Source: Candidatus Binatia bacterium
GTDB taxonomy: Bacteria > Desulfobacterota > Binatia > UBA12015
Length of the DNA stretch: 64,000 nucleotides
Direction: 5' to 3'
NCBI GenBank assembly: GCA_046327915.1
Contig: JAXLXO010000007.1
Span: 67,347 to 131,346 of the forward strand
Shown here: positions 1 through 12,074 of the stretch, in pieces
Layout of the letters: every line of letters begins with the position of its first letter
Numbering within the stretch: position 1 is the stretch's first letter
The notes under the pieces: model-generated
Database searches by the model: none
Told to the model about the DNA's origin: nothing
Seen by the model: only the letters and a program-made list of their open reading frames with translations
Position numbers and translations under genes: made by a program

Positions 1-1302
<1,302 letters not shown>

Positions 1303-1307
1303 GCCCG

Positions 1308-2027
1308 ATGCGTGATCGCTTTCGAAGCCTGTGCGCGCTCGCGGCCCTCGCCGCAGCGACCGTCGCGCCTTGTCCGGCGGCGGCGGAGGACTGCAACGCC
1401 TTCTTTCCGCTCAGGCAGGGCGCGCAGTGGGTGTACGAGGAGGGCGCCGTCGGCTCGAAGGAGCTGATGCGCCGCACGATCACCGTGACGTCCGTGACCG
1501 AGAGTGACGGAGTCACGACCGCCGATCTGCAGCAGCAGGTTGCCCTCCCCGGACGTCCGGACGCAACTGCGGGCACGGCGACCACCAGGGCGCGGTGCGA
1601 TGCAAGCGGCGTGAGTCTGTCGATCGACGGTTCGGGCGGCGGCACGTCGGGCGTGATCAAGGCGAAGCTTCCCGGTCTGCCGCCCGCGAGCGACATGAAG
1701 CCCGGCTTCAGCTGGCGCGGTGACACCGAGATCGAGACCATGGACGGTGGCACGCGCGTCGTCGCGCAGGGTGCTCGCGGGAGCCGCGTCGAGGGCGTCG
1801 AGAGCGTGACGGTTCCGGCCGGAACGTTTCCGGACGCGCTCAAGGTCGCGACCGTTCAGACGCTCACGCTGCACCGCGGATCGGACACGCGCTCCGCGCG
1901 CCAGCAGGTGCTCGAGTGGTACGCGCGCGGGATCGGGCTGGTGAAGCGCGAGACCCGCACCAGTCAGGGCAGTGACGCCACCGGCAGCATCGAGCAGCTG
2001 CAGAGCTACTCGGGCCTCGCGCGCTGA
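1308..2027 (+). CDS. Exported hypothetical protein with a signal peptide.
   Basis: N-terminus MRDRFRSLCALAALAAATVAPCPAAA is a classic signal peptide. High GC3. The start is 6 nt after the upstream stop. No recognisable domain. Confidence 0.55.
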   Translation: MRDRFRSLCALAALAAATVAPCPAAAEDCNAFFPLRQGAQWVYEEGAVGSKELMRRTITVTSVTESDGVTTADLQQQVALPGRPDATAGTATTRARCDASGVSLSIDGSGGGTSGVIKAKLPGLPPASDMKPGFSWRGDTEIETMDGGTRVVAQGARGSRVEGVESVTVPAGTFPDALKVATVQTLTLHRGSDTRSARQQVLEWYARGIGLVKRETRTSQGSDATGSIEQLQSYSGLAR

Positions 2028-2033
2028 CCCGCG

Positions 2034-3740
2034 TCAGGCACGGCGGATCGAGCCCCGTCCGCCGTCGACGACGACAAGCTCGCCGCTGGCGAGCTCGCGT
2101 GTCGCGTTCGCGACGTTGACGACCGCCGGGATCGCGAGCTCGCGCGCGACGATGGCGCCGTGGGACAGCGGTCCTCCCATTTCGAGGACGATCGCGCCTG
2201 CGAGGGCGAGCATCGACGTCCAGCTCGGGTCCGTGGCCGCCGCGACGACCACCTCGCCCGCCTCGAGATCCTGCAGCTCGTCGAGCGACCGCACCACCCG
2301 CACCGTGCCGGTCGTGATGCCGGGCGACACACCCACCCCCGACAGCGCCCCACCGGACCGCGAGCGATCGTGGAGATCGGCCGCCGGCTCGGCCGCGACC
2401 AGGGCCGCGCCGTCGTCGCCGAACAGACACTCCGGAGGATCGACGGCGGCGCAACGAACGTGCTCCGCGCGCCGCGCGGACGCGCGCTGCGCCAGCGCGC
2501 GCGGCTCCTCTCCCGTCCCGACGAGCTGGGAGTGCACCTCGTCCACCTGCAGGAAGAACACGTCGTCGATCCGGTCGATCGCACCTGCGGCGGTGAGTCT
2601 CTCCGCGGCGGCGAGCGCCAGGAAGCGCAACGCCGCGAGGAAGAGATCGGCGTGGTAGCGCATGTTCTCGCGCAGGACGTAGTACTGCTCGCAGAAGCCG
2701 AGCACGCGCTCGAACGCGAGCCGCTTGACGGTTCCGCCGAGCCCCGTCGCGATGCGCTCGCCGGTGCGCCGTACCGCTTCGCGACGCTTCGCACGCCTGC
2801 CCTCCGGAGACTCGCGCGTTCCCGAATCGAGCAGCTTGCGAACCATCTCGACGACGACCGCGGGCTGCTCGCGCCAGGTCGGCTGCGACAGATCGCGAGC
2901 GACGAAGCGGTGGCCGTGTCGCGCGAGGATCGTCCGGATGCCGTCCGCGAACGCGCCAGGGGCTCCCGCGACGCACGAATCCGCGACACCGTGCGGATCA
3001 GCGGCGAGATCGCGACGCAGGCTTTCGTCGGCTCGGGCGAGAGCCGCGCACGCGAGCACCTCGTCGTGCACCTCGAAGGTCCGGATGCCGCCCAGGCCCA
3101 TCGTCAACTCCGACATCGTCGCGGCCGCATCGAGATCCGGCGCCCAGCGCGCGATCAGCTCGCCGGTGAGATGAAAGAACACGTAGGCGTGGATCATCCC
3201 CCAGCTCACCACCTCGAGGAACGAGCCCAGCCGGCCGCGAACACGCTCGATCGCATCGGCGAGCGCGGCGTCCGAGGCCGACCCGGCCGGCGCGAGCGCG
3301 GCCAGATCGGCGGCGATCCGCGAAGCCGCATCGCGGAACAGGTCGGCCCGCGCCCAGGGCATCCAGGCCGTCTCGTGCAGGCCGAGTCGAGCGAGGATCA
3401 CGGCGAGCGACACCGACAGCACCGATCGCGCGCGCGTCCGCAGCGGCTCGCGCAGCGGCGCGGGCAGCAGATCGAGCAGCCCGTCGCTCAGGAAGACGTT
3501 CGGGACCTCGGCCATGACGTCCGCGATCAGCGACGCGTTGACGTACACGTGGGACGACGAGAGGCGGAAAACCGGCTCACGCGACAGCGCGACGAGCCCC
3601 GCATTCTCCAACCGACGACGCACCAGGTGCTCGGCCATCGGATCGGCGAGCATGGTGAAGCTCAGCGGCGTGACGACTCCGGACCAGAGCTCGTCGGCGA
3701 TGCGCCTGCTCCACACGCGCTCCTCGGGCACGAAGCTCAC
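2034..3740 (-). CDS. PEP-utilizing enzyme mobile (swivel His) domain protein. It is PpsA/rifampin-phosphotransferase-like at the C-terminus only and has no ATP-grasp domain.
   Basis: The C-terminal block ...EMGGPLSHGAIVARELAIPAVVNV... is the phosphohistidine swivel-domain signature. The N-terminal 450 aa are not recognisable. Confidence 0.75.
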   Translation of the reverse strand: MSFVPEERVWSRRIADELWSGVVTPLSFTMLADPMAEHLVRRRLENAGLVALSREPVFRLSSSHVYVNASLIADVMAEVPNVFLSDGLLDLLPAPLREPLRTRARSVLSVSLAVILARLGLHETAWMPWARADLFRDAASRIAADLAALAPAGSASDAALADAIERVRGRLGSFLEVVSWGMIHAYVFFHLTGELIARWAPDLDAAATMSELTMGLGGIRTFEVHDEVLACAALARADESLRRDLAADPHGVADSCVAGAPGAFADGIRTILARHGHRFVARDLSQPTWREQPAVVVEMVRKLLDSGTRESPEGRRAKRREAVRRTGERIATGLGGTVKRLAFERVLGFCEQYYVLRENMRYHADLFLAALRFLALAAAERLTAAGAIDRIDDVFFLQVDEVHSQLVGTGEEPRALAQRASARRAEHVRCAAVDPPECLFGDDGAALVAAEPAADLHDRSRSGGALSGVGVSPGITTGTVRVVRSLDELQDLEAGEVVVAAATDPSWTSMLALAGAIVLEMGGPLSHGAIVARELAIPAVVNVANATRELASGELVVVDGGRGSIRRA

Positions 3741-3890
3741 TTAGCGTCACCCCGGAGCCTCCGCCATGGTCGAGGCGCGTCACGGGTCGGACTTGTCACC
3801 AACCGGCTGCGCGAGTAGCATCGGCGTGGACTTGCGGGGCCAGTCCACGCATCGGCCACGAGCCGCGTCGCGTCGCAAGTCTGCGCGGCC

Positions 3891-4418
3891 ATGTCGACTG
3901 AACACGAACGCACCCCGCACAAGCTCGTCTACCTCCGCGATCATTCACCGCGGCCGAAGGCGCGCAGCACGCGCACGGACCGCAAGCCGCCCGTCGCGCA
4001 TCCCGAGCTCGCCGGCGAAGCGGCGTGGCTGGGACGCATGCTCCTCGCGGCGTCGGGGATGATCGTCATCCACTGGTTGCTGGTGCTCAGCGGCGCGGTC
4101 GAGGTCGAGGGCGACGCCGCGACGAACTGGACGGCGTCGCGCCTGCTCGCGCACGCGTACGTCGTGGCGATCGCCGCCTTCTCCGCCCGCCAGCTGCTGC
4201 GCGGCAACGCGCGCGCCCCGCTGCTCCTCGCGTTCGCCGCGAGCGGGCTCGTGCTGGTCTCGATCGAGGGGCTCGCGCATCTCGTCGTCAGCACCGACCT
4301 GTCGCGGATCTCCCTCGCCGCGCGGACGGACATCCTGACGCGCTCCGCGATGCTCGGCCTCGGCATCTGGTCGGCATCGTACGCGCTGCGGGCGGATCGG
4401 CGCTCGATCGCGCCCTGA
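3891..4418 (+). CDS. Hypothetical integral membrane protein.
   Basis: 175-aa ORF with about 4 predicted TM helices (IVIHWLLVLSGAV, AYVVAIAAFSA, LLLAFAASGLVLVSI, AMLGLGIW). A -35/-10-like pair (TTGTCA...TAGCAT) lies about 60 nt upstream. Confidence 0.45.
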   Translation: MSTEHERTPHKLVYLRDHSPRPKARSTRTDRKPPVAHPELAGEAAWLGRMLLAASGMIVIHWLLVLSGAVEVEGDAATNWTASRLLAHAYVVAIAAFSARQLLRGNARAPLLLAFAASGLVLVSIEGLAHLVVSTDLSRISLAARTDILTRSAMLGLGIWSASYALRADRRSIAP

Positions 4419-4540
4419 GGCGCCCCCGCCGCGGTTTCCTGCCCCTACCGTGTCGAGTATAGGTGGCTCGTGAGGCTCCATCGCACACGGAAGGCCACAC
4501 CGCGGAGGCCGAGGGCCTAGCCGGAACCGGGGCGGTGACG

Positions 4541-5086
4541 ATGCAAGCGGAGATCGCCGTTCTCGCTCGTCGTTATGGCCGCCCGCGCGCGGTCGCGCAC
4601 ACCCTGCCCAGCCTTCGCTTCTCGCCGCTCAATCGCCGGCGCGACGGCGAGGTCGCGATGGCGATCCGGCGGCGCAACGGCCTCTACCTGCTGCAGACGA
4701 AGGGCACGTATCCCGAGAGCACCTTCCGGCTGCCCACCGGCGGCATCATGCGCGGCGAGACCATCGAGCACGCGCTGCTGCGCGAGACGCGCGAGGAGAC
4801 CAGCCTCGACGTCGAGATCAGCCGCTTCGCAGCGGTGCTCACGTACCGCGCGCCGAACTCCCGCCACGCGTTCGCGAGCTACCTGTTCATCCTCGAGGAG
4901 CAGGGCGGGGAGCTTCACCCGATGGACGAGAGCGAAGGGATCACCGGCTGGCTGGAGGCCGACCTGCCGACCCTGAGCGACGCCGCCGAGCGGCTGCGCT
5001 CGTGCACCGGACAGTGGCGTCCGTGGGGCCAGTTCCGCGCGCTCGTGCTCGACGCGCTGCGGGACGCGCTCGCACACCGGAACTGA
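4541..5086 (+). CDS. NUDIX hydrolase.
   Basis: Complete Nudix box GGIMRGETIEHALLRETREETSL (G-x5-E-x7-REUxEExGU). The ATG at 4541 is preferred over the in-frame GTG at 4463. Confidence 0.8.
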   Translation: MQAEIAVLARRYGRPRAVAHTLPSLRFSPLNRRRDGEVAMAIRRRNGLYLLQTKGTYPESTFRLPTGGIMRGETIEHALLRETREETSLDVEISRFAAVLTYRAPNSRHAFASYLFILEEQGGELHPMDESEGITGWLEADLPTLSDAAERLRSCTGQWRPWGQFRALVLDALRDALAHRN

Positions 5087-5117
5087 GCGGCGACCCTCGC
5101 CGCGCGCGGCGCAGGTG

Positions 5118-7052
5118 TCAGGCGACGAGCGTCGTACCCTCCGCGCCGGGCGGCGTACGATCCGCGTCGCGGACGCGCGCCGCGGCGAGCGCCCGGTCGA
5201 GCGTGTCGCCCTCGAGCGTCTCCTCCTGCTCGAGCGTCCGTGCGAGGCCGGCGAGACCTTCGCGCCGCTCGGAGAGGAGCTGGCGCGCGGTCGCGTGCGC
5301 GCCGCGGACGAGGGTCGAGACCTCGGCGTCGATCGCCTCGTTGGTCGCCTCGCTCGCCGCCTGGGAGCGGCCGAGAAAGCCGTCGCCGAGAAAGATCGAC
5401 TCGCGCCGCCCGTAGCTCAACGGACCGAGGCGATCGCTCATGCCGAACAGGCAGACCATCTGACGAGCGAGCTGCGATGCGCGCTCGAGATCGTCCTGCG
5501 CGCCGGTGCTGACGTCGCCGAACACGAGCTCCTCCGCGACGCGGCCACCGAGCATCACGGCCAGACGATCCACCAGCTCGCTGCGACGCATGAGGACCTT
5601 GTCCTCGGTCGGCAGCTGCATGGTGAAGCCGAGCGCGCCGATCGAGCGCGGGATGATCGTGATCTTGCTCACCGGATCGCAGTTCGGCAGCAGTGCCGCG
5701 ACGAGCGCGTGGCCGGACTCGTGATGGGCCACGAGCGTGCGGTCCTGCGGGCGCAGCACGCGGCTGCGGCGCTCGAGTCCGGTCATGAGACGGTCGGCCG
5801 CGAGCAGGAAGTGCCGCGTCTCGACCGCGTCCGCGCCCTGCTGCGCGGCGAGCAGCGCCGCTTCGTTGACGAGGTTCGCGAGATCCGCGCCGGAGAGGCC
5901 CGGCGTGCGCGCGGCGAGACCGTCGACGTCGACGTTCGACGCCGCCTTCACGTTCTTCAGATGCACCTGCAGGATCTTCGCGCGCCCGACGCGATCCGGC
6001 AGCTCGACGATGATGCGCCGGTCGAAGCGTCCGGCGCGCAGCAGCGCGGGATCGAGCACCTCGGGACGATTCGTGGCGGCCAGCAGCACGACGCCCTTCG
6101 ATGCGTCGAAGCCATCCATCTCGACCAGCAGCTGGTTGAGCGTCTGCTCCTGCTCGTCGTGACGGCCCATCTGGAGACCGGCTCCGGCGCGCGACTTCCC
6201 GACCGCGTCGAGCTCGTCGATGAACACGATGCACGGCGCCTTGCCCTTCGCCTGCTCGAACAGGTCGCGCACACGCGCCGCGCCGAGCCCGACGAACATC
6301 TCGATGAACTCGGAGCCGCTGATCGAGAAGAACGGCACGTGCGCCTCGCCGGCGATCGCGCGCGCGAGCAGCGTCTTGCCCGTGCCCGGCGGACCGACCA
6401 GCAGCACGCCCTTCGGGATGCGGCCGCCGAGACGCTGGAACTTTGCCGGATCGCGCAGGAACGAGACCACGGCCTCGAGCTCGGCCTTCGCCTCGTCGAT
6501 GCCCGCGACGTCGCCGAAGCGCGCCGCGACGTCGTTCTCGCCGTAGATTTTTGCCTTGTTGCGGCCGAACGACAGCGCGCCCGCCGCACCGCCCGGCCCC
6601 ATGCGGCGCGCGACGAGATTCCACATCAGCATGATCAGGCCGAACGGCAGCAGCCAGCCGAGCAGAAGCGTGCGCCAGAAGTTGTCCGCGATCTCGCCCG
6701 AGAACGTGACGCCGTGCTCGGTGAGAATCTTGACGAGCGTGGAGAGGTCGAGCCCAGGCGGACGCGTCGCGACGAACGTCGGCCGCTGGTCCGGCGAGAG
6801 GCTGCCCATCATGCCGCGCGCCTTCTCGACCTGCTTCTGCAGCTCGCCCTCGAGCGGCGTGTCGGGACGCAGCTGGAAGCGGATCTCGTCGGTGGTGATC
6901 ATCGCGCGCTCGACGTGATTCTGGTCGGCGAGGCGCTGCAGCTCGCTGTAGCTGACCTGGACGGGGCGCGGCGCGACGAAGATCGTCTGCGCGAGCAGGA
7001 TCAGCAGGAGCGCCGCCGGCAGGTACCACAACGAGAGCTTCAGGTTCTTCAT
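5118..7052 (-). CDS. ftsH: ATP-dependent zinc metalloprotease FtsH.
   Basis: N-terminal TM segment, Walker A GPPGTGKT, second region of homology, and zinc site HESGHAL. Length 644 aa. Confidence 0.95.
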   Translation of the reverse strand: MKNLKLSLWYLPAALLLILLAQTIFVAPRPVQVSYSELQRLADQNHVERAMITTDEIRFQLRPDTPLEGELQKQVEKARGMMGSLSPDQRPTFVATRPPGLDLSTLVKILTEHGVTFSGEIADNFWRTLLLGWLLPFGLIMLMWNLVARRMGPGGAAGALSFGRNKAKIYGENDVAARFGDVAGIDEAKAELEAVVSFLRDPAKFQRLGGRIPKGVLLVGPPGTGKTLLARAIAGEAHVPFFSISGSEFIEMFVGLGAARVRDLFEQAKGKAPCIVFIDELDAVGKSRAGAGLQMGRHDEQEQTLNQLLVEMDGFDASKGVVLLAATNRPEVLDPALLRAGRFDRRIIVELPDRVGRAKILQVHLKNVKAASNVDVDGLAARTPGLSGADLANLVNEAALLAAQQGADAVETRHFLLAADRLMTGLERRSRVLRPQDRTLVAHHESGHALVAALLPNCDPVSKITIIPRSIGALGFTMQLPTEDKVLMRRSELVDRLAVMLGGRVAEELVFGDVSTGAQDDLERASQLARQMVCLFGMSDRLGPLSYGRRESIFLGDGFLGRSQAASEATNEAIDAEVSTLVRGAHATARQLLSERREGLAGLARTLEQEETLEGDTLDRALAAARVRDADRTPPGAEGTTLVA

Positions 7053-7187
7053 TCGCTTCGAGGATCTCCTCGTGAACGGGAACGGGCGCGCGTCCGGTCG
7101 GGGATCAGAGGAAACGCGCGGCCTTCGGGCGAGCGCGGAGCGGGACGCGGAAAGGTGAGCTTCAGGTTAAGGCCACCGGCGCCTGTG

Positions 7188-7787
7188 TCAACGCGGGACC
7201 ACCGTCTGCCACAGCCCCGTGAGGCGAGTACGCAGGTCGTCGAGCGATCCCGCGTTCTCGATCACGACGTCGGCGACGGCGCGCCGCTCGGCGTCGGTCA
7301 TCTGCTTCGCCATGCGGGCGTCGGTCTCTGACGCCGCCATGCCGCGCTGGGCAGCGAGCCTCTCGACGACGTCCTCGCGGCGCGCGGAGATGACCCAGAC
7401 CTGATCGACGAGCGAGCGCCAGCCCGCCTCGAGCAGGATCGCCGCCTCCACCACGACCGCGCGCACGGCGCCCTTCTCGCGCGCCCGCGTGATGCGGCGC
7501 TCGATCTCGGCGCGGATCAGCGGGTGCACGATCGCGTTCAGCCGCTCGAGCTTCGCACCGTCGGCGAACACGATCGGTCCGAGCCTCTTGCGGTCGACGC
7601 GTCCGTCCGCACCGACGACGTCGGCGCCGAACTCGGCGACGATGGCGTCGAAGCCGGGCTTGCCGGGCTCGTAGACCTCGTGTCCGACGAGGTCGGCGTT
7701 GACGACCTCCGCTCCGAGCTCGGCCATCATCGCCGACGCGACGCTCTTGCCCGAGCCGATGCCTCCGACGAGGCCGATGACGAGCAT
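7188..7787 (-). CDS. coaE: Dephospho-CoA kinase.
   Basis: MLVIGLVGGIGSGKS P-loop at the N-terminus. 199 aa, typical CoaE length and layout. Confidence 0.9.
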   Translation of the reverse strand: MLVIGLVGGIGSGKSVASAMMAELGAEVVNADLVGHEVYEPGKPGFDAIVAEFGADVVGADGRVDRKRLGPIVFADGAKLERLNAIVHPLIRAEIERRITRAREKGAVRAVVVEAAILLEAGWRSLVDQVWVISARREDVVERLAAQRGMAASETDARMAKQMTDAERRAVADVVIENAGSLDDLRTRLTGLWQTVVPR

Positions 7788-7842
7788 GCGTCGGTTCTCG
7801 CAACCGGCCGGCGCAGGCGCAAGCGCGGCGGCCGCCTCCGTC

Positions 7843-9141
7843 TCAGGGCGTCAGGCGCTCGAGCATGCGCGGGAACGGGATCGTCTCGCGCACGTGGTGC
7901 AGGCCGCAGAGCCAGGCCACCATGCGCTCGATGCCCATGCCGAAGCCGGCGTGCGGCACGGATCCGTAGCGCCGGAGGTCGAGGTACCAGGAGAAGGCGG
8001 ACTCGGGCAGCTCGTGCTCCGCGATCTTGCGCTGCAGCGTGGCGAGGTCGTCCTCGCGCTGTCCGCCGCCGATGATCTCGCCGTAGCCCTCCGGTGCGAG
8101 CACGTCGACGCAGAGTGCGAGGCGCGAATCCTCGGGATCGCCCTTCATGTAGAACGCCTTCACCTGCGCGGGGTAGCGGTGCACCAGCACCGGACGGTCG
8201 AACTGGCTCGCGAGGACCGTCTCCTCGTCGGCGCCGAAGTCGTCGCCCCACTCGACCGGCTTGCCCGCGTCGCGCAGCCGTACCAGCGCCTCGTCGTACG
8301 TGATGCGCGGGAAGGGCTTCGCGACGCGCTCGAGGGCAGCCACGTCACGCTCGAGCGCCTCGAGCTCGACGCGCCGCTCGCGCACCACCCGTCCGACGAC
8401 CTCGACCAGGAAGTCCTCGGCGAGGTCCATGTCGCCCTGCAGGTCCATGAAGGCCACCTCGGGCTCGACCATCCAGAATTCGGTCAGGTGCCGGCGCGTC
8501 TTGGACTTCTCGGCACGGAACGTGGGCCCGAAGCAGTACACCTTGCCGAGCGCCATCGCCGCGGCCTCGATGTACAGCTGCCCGCTCTGCGTCAGGTACG
8601 CGGGCTCGCCGAAGTAGTCGACGGCGAACAGCGTGGTCGTGCCCTCGCACGCCGCGGGTGTGAAGATCGGAGCATCGACCAGCGTGAAGCCGCGATCGTC
8701 GAAGTACTCGCGGCAGGCGCGGACGACGCTCGAGCGGACGCGAAGGATCGCGTTCTGCCGCCGCGAGCGCAGCCAGAGATGGCGGTGATCGAGGAGGAAG
8801 GCCGTGCCGTGCTCCTTGGGGCTGATCGGGTACTCCGCGGCCGGAAGCGACACGACCCGAAGGTCCCGGACCGACAGCTCGTAGCCCCCTGGTGCACGCG
8901 GGTCCGGCCGGACCTCGCCATCGACCTCCAGGGACGTCTCCTGCGCGAGGTGCGCCGCGGCCTCGAAGACCTCGGGGGCGACCTCCGGCCGGAACAGGGT
9001 GCACTGGATGGTCCCGGAGCCGTCCCGGACCTGCAGAAACTGCAGCTTGCCGCTGGAGCGACGGCCGCGCAGCCATCCCCGCAGGGTGACCGTTTCCCCT
9101 GCATGGTCCCCGATCTGCCCGATGGTCGTCACCGTCGCCAT
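7843..9141 (-). CDS. asnS: Asparagine--tRNA ligase (class IIb aaRS).
   Basis: Motif 2 region [28 protein letters not shown] is AsnS-like (compare [21 protein letters not shown]). Motif 3 [11 protein letters not shown]-terminal OB-fold region. 432 aa. Confidence 0.85.
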   Translation of the reverse strand: MATVTTIGQIGDHAGETVTLRGWLRGRRSSGKLQFLQVRDGSGTIQCTLFRPEVAPEVFEAAAHLAQETSLEVDGEVRPDPRAPGGYELSVRDLRVVSLPAAEYPISPKEHGTAFLLDHRHLWLRSRRQNAILRVRSSVVRACREYFDDRGFTLVDAPIFTPAACEGTTTLFAVDYFGEPAYLTQSGQLYIEAAAMALGKVYCFGPTFRAEKSKTRRHLTEFWMVEPEVAFMDLQGDMDLAEDFLVEVVGRVVRERRVELEALERDVAALERVAKPFPRITYDEALVRLRDAGKPVEWGDDFGADEETVLASQFDRPVLVHRYPAQVKAFYMKGDPEDSRLALCVDVLAPEGYGEIIGGGQREDDLATLQRKIAEHELPESAFSWYLDLRRYGSVPHAGFGMGIERMVAWLCGLHHVRETIPFPRMLERLTP

Positions 9142-9206
9142 GGTCCGCCCTTACGAGAGGTGCCCCTGGAAGTGCAACGGGGCCGTGGCTTTTCGACGAT
9201 GCCACC

Positions 9207-9235
9207 TTGACTGCCTCGAGCCGCTCTCCTACTAA
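9207..9235 (+). promoter_or_regulatory. Candidate sigma70-type promoter for the isc operon: -35 TTGACT, 17-nt spacer, -10 TACTAA.
   Basis: Read directly: ttgact gcctcgagccgctctcc tactaa, about 70 nt upstream of the iscS ATG, in the divergent asnS/iscS intergenic region. Confidence 0.3.
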
Positions 9236-9259
9236 ATCCTACCAAGCAGGTCGGATTAA
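9233..9259. promoter_or_regulatory. Imperfect palindrome TAAATCCTACC-AAGCA-GGTCGGATTAA overlapping the candidate -10/+1. Candidate Rrf2/IscR-type operator.
   Basis: The arms match in 9 of 11 positions as inverted repeats. Its position across the -10 element is typical of a repressor site. An Rrf2 regulator is encoded at the 3' end of the same operon. Confidence 0.3.
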
Positions 9260-9304
9260 TCCCTGGTGACGGATGACCGGGAGCGCCCGGTCCGGGAAGC
9301 AGAG

Positions 9305-10555
9305 ATGAGCGTGTCGAAGCGGATCTACATGGACAACCACGCCACGACCCCGATGGACCCCCGGGTCCTCGAGGCGATGCTGCCGTACTTCCGGGAGCAC
9401 TTCGGCAACGCGGCGAGCCGGAACCACGCCTTCGGCTGGGAGGCGGAAACCGCGGTGGACCAGGCCCGCGAGCAGATCGCGGACGTCATCGGCGGCAAGG
9501 CGAAGGAGGTCATCTTCCTCTCCGGCGCCACCGAGTCCGACAATCTCGCGATCAAGGGCGTCGTCGAGTTCTACAAGGACAAGGGCAACCACATCATCAC
9601 CGCCTCCACCGAGCACAAGGCCGTGCTCGACACGTGCAAGGCGCTCGAGCGCAAGAAGCTCGCGACGGTGACGTACCTGCAGGTCGACCAGCAGGGCAGG
9701 GTGAGCGCCGATCAGGTTCGCGAGGCGATCACCGACAAGACGATCCTGATCTCGATCATGGTCGCCAACAACGAGATCGGGACGATCCAGCCCATCGCCG
9801 AGATCGGCAAGCTCGCGAAAGAAAAGGGCATCCTCTTCCACACCGACGCGACGCAGGGCTTCGGCAAGCTGCCGCTCGACGTCAACGAGCTGGGCGTCGA
9901 CCTCGTCTCCGGCACCGGCCACAAGATCTACGGCCCCAAGGGCTGCGGCTTCCTGTGGGTGCGATCCAAGGGCCCGCGCGTGCGCTTGACGGCACAGATG
10001 GACGGCGGCGGTCACGAGCGCGGCATGCGCTCGGGAACCCTGAACGTGCCGGGCATCGTCGGACTCGGCCTCGCCGCGCAGATCGCGAAGGCGGAGATGG
10101 CGACCGAGTCGGCGCGCGTCGTGGCACTGCGCGACCGTCTGCACCGGCTGATCACGGACGAGCTCGACGAGGTGTACCTCAACGGACACCCGACCGAGCG
10201 CCTGCCGGGCAACCTGAACCTGAGCTTCGCGTACATCGAGGGCGAGTCGATGCTCATGGGCCTCAACGGCTCCGCGCACGGCGACATGCCGGCGATCGCG
10301 GTCTCGTCGGGATCGGCCTGCACGTCGGCGACGCTCGAGCCGTCGTACGTGCTGAAGGCGCTCGGCGTCGGCGACGAGCTCGCGCACACGTCGATCCGCT
10401 TCGGCCTCGGACGCTTCAACACGCAGGAGGAGGTCGACTACGTCGCCCAGCGCGTGATCTCGGAGGTCAAGCGCCTGCGCGAGCTGTCGCCGCTCTACGA
10501 GATGGCCAAGGAAGGGATCGACCTCAAGCAGTACTTCGCCGGCGTCCAGCACTGA
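9305..10555 (+). CDS. iscS: Cysteine desulfurase IscS.
   Basis: PLP-dependent class V fold with the IscS consensus ([29 protein letters not shown] active-site Cys loop). It sits at the head of iscU-iscA-hscBA-fdx. Confidence 0.92.
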   Translation: MSVSKRIYMDNHATTPMDPRVLEAMLPYFREHFGNAASRNHAFGWEAETAVDQAREQIADVIGGKAKEVIFLSGATESDNLAIKGVVEFYKDKGNHIITASTEHKAVLDTCKALERKKLATVTYLQVDQQGRVSADQVREAITDKTILISIMVANNEIGTIQPIAEIGKLAKEKGILFHTDATQGFGKLPLDVNELGVDLVSGTGHKIYGPKGCGFLWVRSKGPRVRLTAQMDGGGHERGMRSGTLNVPGIVGLGLAAQIAKAEMATESARVVALRDRLHRLITDELDEVYLNGHPTERLPGNLNLSFAYIEGESMLMGLNGSAHGDMPAIAVSSGSACTSATLEPSYVLKALGVGDELAHTSIRFGLGRFNTQEEVDYVAQRVISEVKRLRELSPLYEMAKEGIDLKQYFAGVQH

Positions 10556-10594
10556 CCGCCGGACAACGAGCAAAAGCGACACGGAGAGCGAATC

Positions 10595-11017
10595 ATGGCC
10601 GAGTACAGCCCGAAGGTGATCGATCACTACAGCAACCCGCGCAACGTCGGATCGTTCGGCAAGGACGAGGAGAACGTCGGCACGGGCATCGTCGGCGCGC
10701 CGGAGTGCGGCGACGTCATGAAGCTGCAGCTCAAGATCAGCGACGACGGAATCGTCGAGGACGCGAAGTTCAAGACCTTCGGCTGCGGCAGCGCGATCGC
10801 GAGCTCGAGCTACGTGACCGAGCTCGTCAAGGGCAAGTCGGTCGAGGAAGTCGCGCAGATCAAGAACTCGCTGATCGTCGAGGAGCTGTCGCTTCCGCCC
10901 GTCAAGATCCACTGCTCGGTTCTCGCCGAGGACGCGATCAAGGCGGCCGTCAAGGACTGGCAGGAGCGCCACGACGCGAAGACCGGCGGCAAGAAGGACG
11001 ACACCGCCGCCGCCTGA
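10595..11017 (+). CDS. iscU: Fe-S cluster assembly scaffold IscU.
   Basis: GAPECGDVMKLQ...FKTFGCGSAIASSS...HCSVLAEDAIKAA gives the three conserved Cys and the LPPVK motif. Confidence 0.95.
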   Translation: MAEYSPKVIDHYSNPRNVGSFGKDEENVGTGIVGAPECGDVMKLQLKISDDGIVEDAKFKTFGCGSAIASSSYVTELVKGKSVEEVAQIKNSLIVEELSLPPVKIHCSVLAEDAIKAAVKDWQERHDAKTGGKKDDTAAA

Positions 11018-11067
11018 CGGACGCGCACGCTCCGCATCGCGCAGACACGAACGAGAAGGACCGAGCC

Positions 11068-11403
11068 GTGGCATCAGCAGCCGGAATCACGTTGACCGAC
11101 AACGCCGTCCAGAAGATCCTCGCCCTGGTCGCGAAGGACCAGAGCGACGAGAAGGGTCTGCGCGTCAAGGTCGTCGGCGGCGGCTGCTCCGGGCTGTCCT
11201 ACAAGATGGACCTCGACCAGAAGCGGGACGGCGACCGCGTGTTCGAGCGCGACGGCGCCCGGATCATCGTCGACCGCAAGAGCTACCTCTACCTGAACGG
11301 CACCGAGCTCGACTACGCGGACGACCTGATGCACGCCGGCTTCAACCTGCGGAACCCGAACGTCAAGCGGAGCTGCGGCTGCGGGGCGTCGTTCGGGGTC
11401 TGA
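11068..11403 (+). CDS. iscA: Fe-S cluster insertion protein IscA/ErpA (HesB family).
   Basis: Ends in ...KRSCGCGASFGV (HesB C-x-C). A central GGGCSG block is present. Starts at GTG. Confidence 0.85.
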   Translation: MASAAGITLTDNAVQKILALVAKDQSDEKGLRVKVVGGGCSGLSYKMDLDQKRDGDRVFERDGARIIVDRKSYLYLNGTELDYADDLMHAGFNLRNPNVKRSCGCGASFGV

Positions 11404-11404
11404 C

Positions 11405-12073
11405 GTGCGCGCGATCCGCTGCCGGAGCTGCAGCGAAGTCCAGCCGCCGGCGTTCTTCTGCCGGAGCTGCGACGCCATCCAGGCGCTGCCGCAGGACACC
11501 GACTACTTCGCGGTTCTCGGCCTGCCGCCGCATCCCGGCGTCGACGTCGCCGCGCTCGACCGCCGCTACTACGAGCTGAGCCGCAAGCTGCACCCCGATC
11601 GCTACCAGACCCGTAGCGCCGAGGAGCAGCGCGCGAGCGTGCAGGCGACGGCGCTGCTCAACGCCGCGCACAAGACGCTGCGCGACCTCGAAGCGCGCGG
11701 CCGCTACTGGCTCGCGCGCTCCGGCGACAGCCTCGGACGCGAGAACCAGAGCGTCCCGCCGCGCCTCGCCGCCTACGTCTTCGACGTGCAGGAGAAGCTC
11801 GGCGAGCTGCGCGCGTCGGTGAACGGCTCCGCTGCCGCGCTGCGCAGCGAGCTGGTCGAGACGCAGCGCGAGCTGACCGAGCGTCTCGATCGGCAGCGCA
11901 CGGCGCTCGGCGACCTGCTGCGCGGGTGGCCCGTGCAGGACGCCGGGGCGCAGGCATCGCTGACACCGGACGAGCGCGGCCCTGCGGCGCTGCGCGAGCT
12001 CAAGGGCGTCCTCTCGGAGCTCTCCTACCTGCGGACGCTCGATCGCGACCTGCAGAACGCACTCGAGGCTTGA
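11405..12073 (+). CDS. hscB: Co-chaperone HscB (J-domain).
   Basis: J-domain with HPDR tripeptide ([14 protein letters not shown]) and a C-terminal helical domain. The GTG start is 1 nt after the iscA stop. The stop abuts the hscA start. Confidence 0.8.
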   Translation: MRAIRCRSCSEVQPPAFFCRSCDAIQALPQDTDYFAVLGLPPHPGVDVAALDRRYYELSRKLHPDRYQTRSAEEQRASVQATALLNAAHKTLRDLEARGRYWLARSGDSLGRENQSVPPRLAAYVFDVQEKLGELRASVNGSAAALRSELVETQRELTERLDRQRTALGDLLRGWPVQDAGAQASLTPDERGPAALRELKGVLSELSYLRTLDRDLQNALEA

Positions 12074-12074
12074 C

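Noticed and set aside
2160-3818. 552-aa + strand ORF antisense to the PEP-utilizing gene. Also many similar ORFs (1864-2976, 5115-7331, 7699-9210, 9239-11074, 12000-13778, 31435-35805, 43250-46075, 52297-53286 and others).
   Set aside because: All are antisense or alternative-frame ORFs inside genes with strong homology signatures. Their translations are RGADP-rich with no motifs. GC-rich genomes generate these spuriously.
4463-4540. Upstream GTG start extending the NUDIX protein by 26 aa.
   Set aside because: The extension (AREAPSHTEGHTAEAEGLAGTGAVT) is unstructured and not part of the Nudix fold. The ATG at 4541 is preferred, though not excluded.
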